Shown here in pieces: positions 51,850 to 64,000 of a DNA stretch of 64,000 nt. The stretch is taken from NCBI GenBank assembly GCA_036172245.1, contig JAYWIR010000024.1, forward strand, positions 868,001 through 932,000, written 5' to 3'. Numbering within the stretch: the first letter of the stretch is position 1; each line of letters begins with the position of its first letter. A model generated the notes under the pieces. That model was not told the DNA's origin. It did not search any database and worked only from the letters and a program-made list of their open reading frames with translations. Made by a program: the position numbers and the translations under genes. This DNA comes from Raillietiella orientalis. Lineage: Eukaryota.

Positions 51850-52240
51850 CGCTAAAGGAAATTTGCAGCTGGCAAATAAGCAGACCTGTGCGTGGTGCCA
51901 CGCCCTGTGTATCGACAGCAGCTCTTTGAGTGCGACTCCGCTCCTTCCAGAATCCTTGGCAGTGGCTCGACGAGCATACTGGCGTCCGGTTTTCTGGACA
52001 AACGGATGACCGACGACAAACACGGCTCGGTGATCCTGTCGCTTTCGGCTGCTGCGCCGTGCCTCTTCAGCAAAAGTTGATCCAGTTCGTTCATCTGCTT
52101 GGCGGGGGCAGAGGAGAAGATTCGGGAGCAAGTAGACCCAAAGTCCACTTTTTGCAGTGGAAGGGAAACCTCTCGAGCAGCAGGAGCACCCTGCGGAAGA
52201 ATTCCCGCCCTTTGTGTCGTTGAGATTGCAACTGGCCGCA
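51850..52240 (-). mobile_element. LINE ORF2 post-RT fragment
   Basis: LWVYLLPNLL, PAKQMNELDQLL and EPLPRILEG (cf. LP...GG) occur in order. Confidence 0.4.
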
Positions 52241-54929
52241 GGTAACAAGGAGAGAATTTTTTCTTTCTTTCTTTCTAGGCGCAGTTGGTAAGGAGATCAT
52301 GGTAAGGAGGAGCGCGGTTCCGGCTCCGTGCCACCTCGCACGGTCGCTGTGAGATTGACAGCAGAACAGCTGACGCCCCGCTGTGAAAGAAGTGAAGCGC
52401 TTTCGCATCCTCTGGGGTCCAGCCAGTAGACTTCGATTCACTTTGGCTTTCAGGTGTCGCCGGGTAACACCGAAATCTCTCGGGAAGAACCCTGACAGAG
52501 AACTTCTCCGAATCTCATTTCTTTCTTCTCGGTGGATGAAACCGTTGACTCCGACTTCGAAGATGAACCCGGATGCTTCTGTAGAACGAAACTGAGAGCA
52601 TCAGCGCGCGAACAAAAGCAGGGTTGCAGACGAAACACGCACAAAAAAAGGCGAGTACCAGATCGCGCGGGTTTGCTCAAAGAAGAGCTCAATGAACAGA
52701 GATCGTTGCTAAGGATGAGTATCTTGTAAAGGAAGGGTACTTTTCTTGAGATTCGCACGTGAGATTCGGAAGAGATCAAGGCGGCACGGAACAGGACTAA
52801 CAGCGCCCACACAGCAGTCCCGTGTCCACAGATGCACGGAAAGGCAAGCGAAGCTGCTTGATGCTTCCTTCCTGAAGCTCCCCAAAGAAAACGAACAAAA
52901 CGACGGTCGACTGGAGGCTGGCAGGTTCACGCTACCGGGATTGGGTTTCCCAACTCCACGGTGGAAGAAATCTCGCTCAGCAACAACAAAAGGGCAGGCT
53001 TTTCCTTGGAGACGCAAGTTCTGGGAGATGATTAAGAGGAGAATTAGTCTCTCCCAGGAGAGGTGGGAGCTGCCCGGCGAATGTAAGAATAAATTATGGA
53101 AGACAGATGGCACGCGAGTCGGCTTAAGATGTCTTCGAGGGAAATGGGGAAAATGCCGAAGAACCTTAAGAGGTTTCCCACATGGGAGGACGCTTCCTCT
53201 GCTTGCGAAGTTCACCGGATGCGGCGCTGCTGAGACAGCAAAGCCCGGCTTCGACTCCGTGGAGCTGGACCAGGAGACGTTTGCGCTCGTGGCTGGCAAC
53301 CATCCCTTCCTGGACCTCGCTCGACACGGTCACGCACATGTCTGCAGCAGTGGCAGGTTCAGCGTGTTCGACTTCGGACCCAAGGGCAACTGCATCATCA
53401 CAACCGTAGCGACGCCACGCCTTACGACCCCACCACTGCATGAACGACTGGCTCGCTGACCCAGAGGACGCTTACAGGATGAAGTCGTCCGGAGCTCGGG
53501 AGTCCGGTAACCTTGAAGACGATCTCGAGGGCCTCCTGAAACCGCGTAGGACTGTGGACTCGTAGCATTCGGCATCTCCTTACGGATGACCTGCTGCAGG
53601 TCGTGGAAGAGAACGCGGGGGTGGTTTCCTAAAGCGCTAGGCCCGCCGCCCGTCCCACGCCTCCGCCTTCCTCGCGTGCCCTCGCGGAAACGGGGCAGTG
53701 ATGGCTATTCCTGGGGAAAAACAGTGATGATCGGAAAGACCAGCCTCGCAGGGCAGACGGCAAGGACCTCAGCTGCTCTCCCTCAGGACGGGACTTTCCC
53801 GGAAAAATTCCACCGTCTCCTCCTGATATCCTTATTATTACCCATGTTACTATGATTATCACTGCTAAAAAATACATATATAAAAAAATATGATTTATGG
53901 AAGGGGTAGGACAGGATTTGTTCCGCAACGGAAAAAGCGGAAGCACCGAAACGCACGGGCGTCGGTCGCCTTTGTGTGCATAACGGGACCCTTCGCTTCG
54001 GGTGTTTCCCGCCGTGCTCTGCCCTTCCGCGCGCAGAGAGCGCCGCAGCGACACCGAGACAGACACGGCGGCTTCGCGATCGGTCCCGCTTCCGGAACGG
54101 GAGGAGGACGACGGAGCAAGCGAGCGCATTCGAGAACTTCCGGCGCATCCGCCCCCGCCGGAAGGAGGAAGGGGAGCGGGGCAGGGCTCTCTGCTGCGGA
54201 ACTCTCCAGAGCTCCTTCGTACATTGGGAGAGGGCGCTTACCCGATCGAAAGGAGTGGAGATCAGGCCGCTGCCGTCGATGGCGCGGCGGCGGCGGACAC
54301 GCGCTTTCTCGAGTTCGCCCTGCTGATCTGCCGTCATAAGGGCCAGGAGGGTGATTCCCCTCCCCCTCCCGAGGGGAGGGTCCGACCGCGGACACAAGCG
54401 CATCCACTCATCCTCTGTCCTGCGCAGGGGTATCGCTCTATGATTAATAAAATCCCTGATGTCTCGCGAGTGCTCTTCCATCTCATGTTTGACCGATTAG
54501 GGAGCATTACGACAGATTACAGGAAACAAGATGGACGCCGATGGACGCACATCATAAAGCACGGGCTGTTGCAGGAGACCGGAGGCCGTGCAAAAGAGTA
54601 CGAACACCATCCCGAAAATACGGATTCCGTGGAGGTGGATACGAGGACACGTGACTCCGAGCCCCAGAAGCGCTGGGGACTTCTCCTTCCCTTTAACCTG
54701 ACGCGGAGGACAAGTCCGCAGGGAAACGAAAGCAAAACTGTCCACCCACGATGATGCGGAGCACGCTTCCCTCCCTACCCTTCCTCCTATCTGTAGAGGG
54801 ACCAATCTCCTTGCTGGGGTTACGCGACAGGCAAAGGAGATCCCTCCTTTCCTGTTCCGAGCAGCAGACGAGGGAGGTGACTCTGGAGCTCCCAGCGCAC
54901 CTGTGACTACGCGGTAGAAGGTGCAGCCC

Positions 54930-55900
54930 TCCTTCCCTCTCCCTTCGCAGAAGAGCGGCTAGCGGGCGAGCATTAGGCGTCCACCCCGGGGGTGGTAAAC
55001 TAGCTCCATGAAACGCGATAGAGGAACCTCCTGAAGCGGGGAGTCGGACCCATCTGGACAACTGGTGAAAAAACCCCGAAGCAAACCGGCTCCGTGCTTC
55101 CTGGAAGGATCCCGGAGGGTTAACTTCCAATCCCGGCCTGTCAGCGGGGGCATCTGGTCTCCAAGGCGCACACGCATCCCACTGGTGTCGCACCTGTTGC
55201 CCATGAGCCAACCAGCTTCACCCTCCCTCGTCTGTCAGGCGAGCGTAAGGGAATCAGCGCTTGCGCACAGCGCAGCTCAGAAGCACACGTGAGTCACCCT
55301 GCCTGGGGGGCGGGCCATCCTGAGGCACTCCTCGTGGGCGGAGCTGCCCACGAGGAGACCTCTGGAAGCTCGAAGTGGCGGATGCGGGAAGTCAGGGCGA
55401 GCACGATCCCGTCTCCTTCATCTGGAACTTATTTCTCTCCCAAGTCCCCCGGGTTTGGCCGTATCCTTCTTCCGAGCCGTGCCACAGGCAAGGGCACTTT
55501 CATCCCCCGCTTCCCTCCCCCTTCCTTACCCTTCTCGCGCATTCCTCGACCTGTGTCCTCGTAAAAAGGGACGGCCAGCAGCCGCAGCTCAAATGTACCG
55601 GCTTCCGTCAGGAACGCCGATCAGAGTGAAAGGATGTTCCGGGCGCCTTCCAAGGCGGGCAGCATCCCAGCTGCTAATCGCAGGTTACTGCGAACTACGG
55701 AGCCATCAACCAAACGCAGGGATTTGCTGTTGCTCCCTAAGACAGCCGAGCGGGAAGGCAAATCGTGCATGCGCAATCCAACGGGACGTCCTTCGCATTC
55801 CGTCCGATCTCGTCAGGGACGGAGGGCATCCTGTAAGTTACTGGAAGGGAACATGGCGCCACGAGAGCCCGGAAAAGGGGGGACTGACTCCATGATTAGC
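54930..55900 (-). mobile_element. LINE ORF2 post-RT remnant
   Basis: HPFTLIG (family PFSL motif) and KGEGSGGMKVP (cf. EGGLG.P). Confidence 0.45.
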
Positions 55901-56229
55901 GAGGGACATCTCGTACATGAAAAGACGTCCTCCGGTCTCTGAAATCCGTCGCGGGTTGGTTCTGTAGAAGAGACTCCTTTGAGCTAAGGGATTTCAGGAG
56001 AGGGAACACTGGAAAAGTGGATTTCCGTCGAAAGGAAGAGCACCAAAGATTAATATCAACTGTCTGGAGTCAAAATGGGAAACAATGGAAACTAAAAGAG
56101 GGGAAGCAGCAAGCGAAGATTCTGGAAGAATGACGAGACAGTTTGGACAGCCCGCAACACCCAGGATTCGCCACTAATGAGAGTTCCCTGAAACGGGAAA
56201 CCAGAGAATTGAAAAGGATTCTTTGCTCC

Positions 56230-58795
56230 ATCGAAAATCGCGAAGGAGCTGCCTTCCTGGTTTCAGGCAGGAGAGCAGAGAGGGCGGCATTGGCTTAGAC
56301 GGGAAGCACCGATCCTTCCGAATTTCCTTCCGTGTTGTGCGGAAGGCAGCGGCCTTCAGAAGGACCTGCGGGAGCTTTTATCTCTCATCCGCATTTGAAA
56401 ATGGTCTTCTGCTCGCTCGGCTGACGCAAATTCCTCCGCGGCCATTTCTCTGGAGAATGGAGCAGAAAGGAGTCTTCGATGGAAGTAGCAGCACATCTAC
56501 GGCGCTCTCGTCGTTTGGTACCGATGGGAGCGAGCAAGATCGGAGAAGAGCTGGAATCGAAGGGCAGGAGTTCTGTGCTTTGTCATGACGAAGACCGACG
56601 GCCCTCGTTGCACTCTTCTCTTCTTGAGGACCGAGAGCACCTCTTTTCGAGGAAAGATCATTAAGGAAGGTAATCATGCCACGACGTTCAGATTCAGTAC
56701 CCGAAATAGTGACGCACCGAAAGGCAAAAGGACACTTAGCTTCTCTATATCCTCGATACTTTTTCAACCTCAGATTGTTTTCTTGGACCGGTCAGTCAGC
56801 AACTTTGCGGGATGTGCGTGGTCGACGAGCAGCACCCAAAGGCATCGAACCCGGTCCCGACCATTCCGCGTCCCAAGGAAGGTTCTGCTTTTTCTAGACT
56901 GGGGATTCCAGTGTAGTCAGTGCAGGCAACTTACCTCCCCGAAGTGTTTCAGATGCTTGGACTGTTGGACTGCAGTGCCCTGGAGGACATGTGGAGAAGA
57001 CTCGTTCCGGAGCTCCGTCGACTGCAGGCCGCCGCTTCGGACTTGTTGCGGCGCTTCTTCACTCAAGGCGGGCTGAAGACGGGCGCTGTGGTTTCACAGC
57101 CGGGTGCGCCGGGGAGTTTATTCTCTTACAGGAATTGATGGAGCCGATGGCCCACCAGTTCTAATTGTTACACTAGAAAGAAGGGGAAGCGGAGAGGTCC
57201 ATCACGTCCACGAAGGGGAAGGGGGGTGAAAGAAAAAGAGAAAATGAAAACAAACTATAGCAAGCAACAAAAAAAAAGAAAATTAGTTGGGTAGAAGGGA
57301 AGGGATCACATTTCGTGGTGGGTGAGGCCTCTGCATCCGTTGAAGGATGCCGGCGAGCTCCTCCTTCCCCCTTTCCAGATGGCACCATCTCAAAGCTGTG
57401 TGTAGGAAGCGGATGGCGTGCAGGGCAGCCCCCCCGTCGCTCCGACCTCTCTCGGAGTTGCACTTGGCTGCGACGACACCGCTCACGCAGCGCAGAGCTG
57501 CTGTTGCGGCTGCGGGCGTCATGGCATCTCGCACGAAGAGGGATCTCAAAGAGTCTCTGAGATCGTCCACGGGGTGCGGAAGTGGCGTGGAGAAACCTTC
57601 TCACAAGACCCGGAGGATGACGCACTGCACTAAGAGGTGGGGGAAAGTCTCCTTCTCTCCCCACCTGGCACAGTTAGGCGATGCGCTTCCCCTCGTCCAG
57701 TGGCGCCGTCGCGGATTGCACGGGAGATCTCAGTGCAGTATCAGCAACGCCGATTGCTGCCACTTGAGAGGAAGCAGCTTACTGTCCCTAAACACAAGGG
57801 GCACTTCCAACTCTTCGGGCCGAGTGGAGAAGAGTTCGCCTCAACGTTCCAATCCTTTGGAGACGGTTCTTGCTGTTGCCGTGACAACCAGCTGACTCGT
57901 AGTCCAGCCACCTATTGGCTTTCTGCGGGCCGAGATCTCGCAGGAAACCTCCCACTTCGCCGGTAGGCAGGTATTATGTACCTCGATAGAGGAGGACACC
58001 ACTGCAGCGAAGGGGACGGATGGCTGGTGGGTAGGGTGCCAACATAGTCATCTCACTACCACCGCCTCCAGTGTTCTTCCGCTGTTCTTCTGAAACTCTC
58101 GGCAGCGGGTAACTTCTGGAGGGGCCCGGGTGATCTGAGCCCATGTCTTCACTTTCTTCTGCCGCCATGCCGGAGTATTTGCAGGGCGGCAGCGAATCCA
58201 CGTGTTCGCTCTCACCAGAGCAGCGACACACTAGTGAGGGAAGCCGCAAGATGGGAGCCGGCGGTGGTGACACGCAAACAGGGTTGAGAGTCCTTCGCCA
58301 CCGACCCCCAGCCGGGAGAGCAAACATGCAGGGGCGCACCAATGGGTAATCCAGTTCTGTGCCACGAAGGCTAGTCGGGCGCTGTGGTCGCAACAAGATG
58401 CTACATCTGCTCCATGGTGGCAGTCCTCCATGTGTTGGAGTCTCATTTGCAATGAAAAGAGGCCACCAGCATGACAACTACCTTCACAAGAACGGCTGCA
58501 AGGTGGCCTCATCTGCCAAAAGAAGTCATTAGTAAGATCGCCACCATAAACGGCTGTTTCTAGAAAGTAAGGAACGAATAAAACCAAAGACGCCTGTCTA
58601 CTACGATTCCGTCTTTATCCTTTTATTCATTATTTGATGTGCCTTTCTCCGTTCCCTACTTTTTTTAGAAGCTGTCCTGCGTGCTAGTGGTATTCCCCAA
58701 TGAACTTTTTTTTTGGTCTTTCTTATATTTCTTTGGCCTCCCCTCTAACCTGAGGTTTATTTTTTAAATAAATGTTCCGGGGTCACGGGGTAAAA
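56230..58795 (+). mobile_element. L1/Tx1-like LINE 3' part (host copy B), interrupted at 57093-58375
   Basis: SREGGIGL, LLFLDWGFQC and LLDCSALEDMW...KTGAVV. Reading resumes as SGAVVATRCY...AARWPHLPKE. The terminus is AATAAATGTTCCGGGGTCACGGGG (58767-58790). Confidence 0.8.
57093..58375 (-). mobile_element. 5'-truncated antisense LINE insertion with 13-bp TSD CGGGCGCTGTGGT
   Basis: Perfect TSD at 57080-57092 and 58376-58388. The minus strand carries the zinc-finger region, ...LRWCHLERGKEELAGIL, the 3' UTR and terminus AATAAACTCCCCGGCGCACCCGGCTGTGAA. Confidence 0.9.
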
Positions 58796-59189
58796 ATCAA
58801 AGACATCGAACACGGAGAGATCAATGAAGTTTTTTGATGGTAGCAGAAGGAACTGACTTTTCCACGAGTTTCCTCGGTAACCAAGAGAGCAACTACCAGG
58901 CAAGCAAGAATGCAATACCGGCAAGTCTTGTTCATGAAGCGATGACGGAGCTGAAGGCTCGCAATTCGATTCCTGGAAGCACCTTTCTTGTGCCATCATC
59001 TCGCGATGGAGACATTCTCGTGCGCTTCTGGCATGAAAAATTCAGGGCAGAATGGTTAACGGCGGAAAACACTTAGCATCCCACAGCTTACGATAAGAAG
59101 CATTTTTTCCCATAGCCTTGTCCTTTCCTTTTTTTTTTTTTCTTCTCGTTTTAGGAAGACCTTTTTTTCTACTGCTGATAAAAAAAGTC

Positions 59190-60900
59190 CGCGCGCGCCA
59201 CGGAGCGCTGCGGGTTCGAATCCTCACTTAGAGGATCAATGTCGGGTTTCAAGGGTTTCGAATGCCCCTTCCTCTCAGGATGATACTGGTTGGCCGGGCA
59301 ACAGGTGAAGCACTGGTGGGCGCACGCGCGCAAATGGAGACCGGACACCCCGTTAAGTAGATTCCGGGATCGGAAGTGAGCCCTCCGAGGTCTTTCCAGC
59401 AGTCAAGGAGCTGGTTCTCTTCTCCCCTCCGGTTATGAAAATGGAGCCTCCTCTTCCCTTCCAAGTGAGAAGTACTCTCCATCCATTACCACGGAACTGG
59501 TTGATATCTTTCCAGAGTGTGAGATGCGCGATGCTTCCTACGGGAAGCGACCCTTCAGAGAAAATTGGGAAGCGGCCCTTCGGGGGTCTCTTCAGAGAAG
59601 CAAACAAAAGACGATTCCTTTTTGCGCCCTCCCCTCCGGAGAACTTCCAGGTAAGGATCCATTCCGGGTTCCGTCGGAGAAGAAATGAGGAGTGACCTCC
59701 TCTGAGGTCCTTCCGGAGAGAATGAAAAAGAGGTTCCCTCCCGAGCGCAGGAGTCCGTTCTTCCTCCGGAGCCCTTCCTGGATTCATCAAGTGGTCCACT
59801 CCTGGGATGCTCTTTAACTGGAAGAGCCAACACGCACCCTCGGGTGACGTGGACACTGTTAAACATCTCCGCGAACTCTCCCTAAGGAGACCAACCGTTC
59901 TTCAGTACTCCTTGAGAACCAAAAAATGGGACTGGAAGAAAAACAGAGAAACAGAAGAACCCCAAAAGGAGTTCCACCATCCTACGCCAATTGTCAAGAT
60001 CTCCCCGTGAGACCGTTAAAAAAATAAAAGCAACAGTTTCTCAAGAAGTGCTTCAAAGCGGTTCCAGGGTGGTCGAGCGATTGCCATGGGTTTCGCAAGA
60101 TGCTTTCGAGATGGTGGTCCTTAAATCGAGCACTCATAACTGGAAAGGAGGAGAGCGGAACCGTGGTGAATTTCGGAGCACCATACTGGCCGTCGCCTTC
60201 CCCTTTCGACGGCTTTCTGACTGCTTGCGAAAAAGCCAGGCAACACAGGAAGAGCGCCATCTTCCAGTTGCCAGTTACCGACAGCTTGCTCTCCATTCCT
60301 TGTGCACACGAGTCTCGGCCTCGACACGGGCACTCGTCGTGAGACGATTCGGATCCTGGGATCCAAAAAACGATGCGGAGCTGTGAGAATTGAGAATCTG
60401 GAGGCGTAAAGCGAAACACATCAGGAAGAAGTTGGTGTCTGCCAACATCTAGCTCTCTGCTCTCGTAGACTGAAGGAAGCTCTCGAGGACTACAGCCTCC
60501 ATCGGTGGAGAAGGAAGATGAGAATTGTTTTTGCTACAAAGAGTGCGATGACTCCTGCTGTCAAACCAGTGGATGCACAACTAGTGAGGTGTTCCTATTC
60601 CTTTTTGAGCCGAGAAGACTCTTATGTCTCAAGAAGATCACGAAAGAAGAGATTCATGCCACTATTGGAGACTACCGCTTCAATTAATAGGATTGCTCCC
60701 TATAACTTGAAGATTGATGCACCCTCCGACGGTGTGGTCAGTGCTAAAGATTTCCTCGATCACTCTCCTACTCTCCCTAAGGAAGCGAACGGTTCTTCAG
60801 CACCTAGCGAACCAAAAAAGAAAAAAAAAGATGGAAGGGAAACAGAGAAACAGGAGAACCCAGAAAGGAATCCCATCATTCTGAGACAACAGTAACGATC
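59190..60900 (+). mobile_element. Element with B-box head and ORF1-like body; contains copy 2 (59355-60679) of the 1.3 kb repeat
   Basis: GGTTCGAATCC at 59213-59223, then GAGGATCAA, CAGGATGATACTGGTTGGCC and GCACTGGTGG. The following sequence is near-identical to 32630-33919. Confidence 0.7.
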
Positions 60901-63900
60901 CCCTATTGAGTTCACCACTTGGTCCTTTGAAAAAAAGAAAAAAGGAAAATGGAGTAATCAGTAAGACAGGCAGCGGTAACTCCTCTCAGACTGAATACAA
61001 TAGTTCTTGAGGGAGTATAGAGGAAAGACGGCTCTCTAGAGAGAGACGGGACGCGGCTCTTTCCGTTGGAGCTCCCTGTGCCCGTCAGTGTCGCTTCCGA
61101 CGGAGCCGGCAAGATGAGCTTTTATCGGGAAGAGAGGGAAGATATCTTGAGACGCCACAGCTGGGTCCGGCGTGGAAGCAGGGAATTTCCGTCTGTCTAC
61201 TTGCCTAAGGGCTCGTGGTCCTCACTGTCCGTAGGCTGCCGAGGTCCCCAACTCCTGAGTCCCGTGCCAAGCCCACGCTCAGCACCGCTGCGCCGCTGCC
61301 TGATGGGAGAGCCGGTGTCGTTCACGAAGACGGAAGCGAAGGCGGAGAAGGAATGAGAACCCTTGTTCCGCGTCTCCCCGAGAGGTCAGCCGCCATGCTC
61401 TCGTGAACAGGGATGCACTCTCTTCGCTTCGCCCCCCCCCTTCCGCCTCCGATCCGCACGCATCAAGAGGCAATTCCTCTCTCGTCCGCGGACTGACTCC
61501 TCGGCTCTGCCGGCTCACGCCCGGAGCGATGGGGAGCGTCCGACTGCGCCCGCACAGACCGTCCGTTTTGGGAAGACGCGAGCGAGGGATCCGAGATGCG
61601 CGCCCGGACGATGGGCGAAGGGTGGCAGGCACTGCCGAGCAACGTTCTCGGGAAGTAGGCGGGGTGGAGGGCACCTCAAGTCGATGGAGACGTGAGGATC
61701 CTTTTCGCACTGGAAGACCCCTGCGGAACTTTTCGTAACGGGCGAATTTTGGGGTAGGCTAGAGGGCGTCATGGAGAGGCTCTCTAGTTGGTTTCGGTTC
61801 GTGCGATGTGGCTTCCATTGGAGACGGAGGAGGAGGAAGGGAGAGTGGAGGTGGCGCGCCGCCCGTTTGCGCGGAGAGCCTCGCTCTCCCCGGTTGGAGA
61901 GGGGAAACGCGAGCACGTGCTTCTTTCTCCTCTTCCCGATGCCATTCCTCAAGGACCACCGACGCGTCCGATCGGTCGTTCCCATGACTCACAACGGGGT
62001 CGCCCTCAGGAGACTGTGGCTGCGGCAAAAGGAGGAGCCATGGCTGCGGGCCGCAGTTCGCCGAAGACGAAACCCGCAAAAAGTGCCTGCCACCGGATGG
62101 TAGGCAGCATTCCTCATTCCCTTTCTTCCTCAGCATCCAGTTTCTTTCCTTCTCTTCTTTCTTCATTCCTCCTCCTTCTCCCCTCTTAAGATGGCGCCAA
62201 TGAAGACCGCTGCTGGGATTCAGCCGCTCAAGAAAGGAGGAGCTCGCAGTCTCCTCGTGTTTTTCTTCTATCGGCTGGCGTTCTCTCCGTTGTTCGTTTA
62301 CCTCCCTTCAAATTCCCCCTCCTCCTCCTTTTCCACTCCCTCCTCCCCCTTGCTTTTTATTTTTATTTTTTTTTTTCTTCTCCAGGAAGCTGCAAACGAG
62401 CATCCACGAACGTCGTGTCGGATCAGGACGTTTTTCCCACATCAGATGAGGTTCCGCCAGATGTAAATACGCTCCCGGCGAAACATAAAAGCCGCATCCG
62501 GCTTTGCACCCCGAGCCGTGCCAAGAGCCCGGCCGATCGAGAAAACTTGGTCCAGTGAGGGGGAAAGAGCCGAGAGACTCTGAGCAGCTCTCGGGTCTTC
62601 CTCGCGAGTTCCTCAGCGTCCTCATTCCACCCTTCCCTCTTCCCCCCCTCCCCTCTCCTTTTTCGATGGGAAAAGAGATGCTGCTGGCTCTCTGAGATGA
62701 AAGGGACCGGAGCGCTGATCTTGTCGGAAGAGGAACCTCGGCGGACGGCACAATGCAATGCAGAGAATCTTCCCCGAAGGAAGGGTGGGTCGGTCCCCTC
62801 TACCTCCTGCGGAGGACAGAAAGAGCCATCCGGTAGGAGAAAGGCAAGAGGGCGATAAACGTCCCCCACCCTTTTTTCCTCCTTCCGTCCGGCCCTCTAC
62901 GGCATCGCTTCGCTGTCTTTACCACCATCTCCCCAGAGGTCCTCCGCCTTTCTCGTTCGGCGAAGATTTCAAGAGGAGTCGTGACGGACCGTTTCGGTGA
63001 GCATTCTTCTTCTTCGAGGCGGCTATCAGAAGGCGACCCAATCGTCTGCTGCGAGGAGCGGAGGTCAGCAACTCGGGAAGAGAAGGAAGGAAGAGGAGAA
63101 ACAGCTACTTAGGTAGTCAGACTTCATTAAGAAGATAAATGGGCGCGCCTGCCCGGGAGTGTGCCTCCTCCTCGAGATCGTTTCCAAGGAGCTAAAAACT
63201 GTCAATCTCTTTCAGTGGGAGCGCCGTAATTAAAAGAGGATTGCCCGGCGCTGATTCGCATCTCCGAGAGTGTGATCTCTGAAGATTTCGTTCGTCCTTC
63301 GAAATCCGCAGCAACAACAAGACCTCGGGAGGCTGGGCGTGGGAGGCTGCGCCGCCTCTGATCCGCTTTGCTCTCCCCCCCTCCTCCTCCTTTGTGACTC
63401 TTCGTGTTTGCTCATTTGCTTTATTCTCGAGGGGGGACAATCTTCGGTCAAGATATACACGCGCGCAAGGTCAAGGAAGAAGGCAAATGGCCTGTTACTC
63501 TGATCAGTGGGTTCGCCCAGCAGAACCCGTGGGAAAGAATTAGGGATGGATAGCGAGTCCGGGATTCGTCATCCCATTGCTGAAGCTACGCCAGCACGCA
63601 GAGAGAGGTGCACTGCCGCTCACCTCCCCAAGTTCAGCCTCCCGGCCATTCGTCTGGTTGACGACGGCGACGCCGGAGCGTCGCCGGCTGCAGCATAACG
63701 GGAGCTGCGAGGCAGATCCAGTGCGGCAGCTAGGCGGGCGCTGGGCGACCACCAGCTGCCCGGGTTCCAGGCTCTGTGGGTCGATCACAGCCCGGGGGAG
63801 GAGGGGAGGCAGCGTCTGCAGCTTCCCTCAGGAGCCTCTCGAACTCGCCTCCTCAGTTTCGTTCGCTGCGAGGTGACGCGCGCGCGCCTTTTGCAAGAGG

Positions 63901-64000
63901 ATGGCCAAAGAAACGGCGCGAAGGATCCATGCTCACGTGGCCACTGTGCTGGCAGGGAAGGCGCACTCTCGCGGTGGTCTTCTCGGAGGCGGTATCTCCC

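Noticed and set aside
54485..54750. APE endonuclease N-terminus (LLQET) on the plus strand
   Set aside because: It rests on a single short motif, too weak to call without a profile search.
16270..57610. Alternative genetic code (TGA at Trp positions in several LINE copies)
   Set aside because: TGG-to-TGA is a common transition in dead copies, and the same fragments carry frameshifts and other stops.

Overview
Eukaryotic, transposon-dense DNA. A decayed 28S rRNA fragment at 9.9-10.7 kb resembles arthropod LSU as I recall it, so the host is probably an arthropod. I recognised no intact host gene; most ORF-track entries are spurious GC-rich or antisense frames. Much of the window is a mosaic of frameshifted L1/Tx1-like non-LTR retrotransposon fragments on both strands (ORF1 knuckle regions, RT motifs, C-terminal CCHC finger). 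It also holds two mariner remnants (one built from two 3' ends in inverted orientation between TA dinucleotides), Gypsy-like integrase remnants, and mini/microsatellites. The main lead is one LINE family with three unusual traits. (1) It ends in AATAAA plus a short CCGG stem-loop instead of poly(A) (six copies). (2) Two closely related copies sit antisense at the homologous codon of two much more diverged LINE copies, one with a clean 13-bp TSD, and a third insertion interrupts a similar motif. (3) Elements with a tRNA-like B-box head precede ORF1-like sequence. A ~1.29 kb near-identical tract inside diverged flanks suggests ectopic gene conversion or mis-assembly. All calls come from manual reading and motif recall without database searches; boundaries of decayed fragments are approximate.
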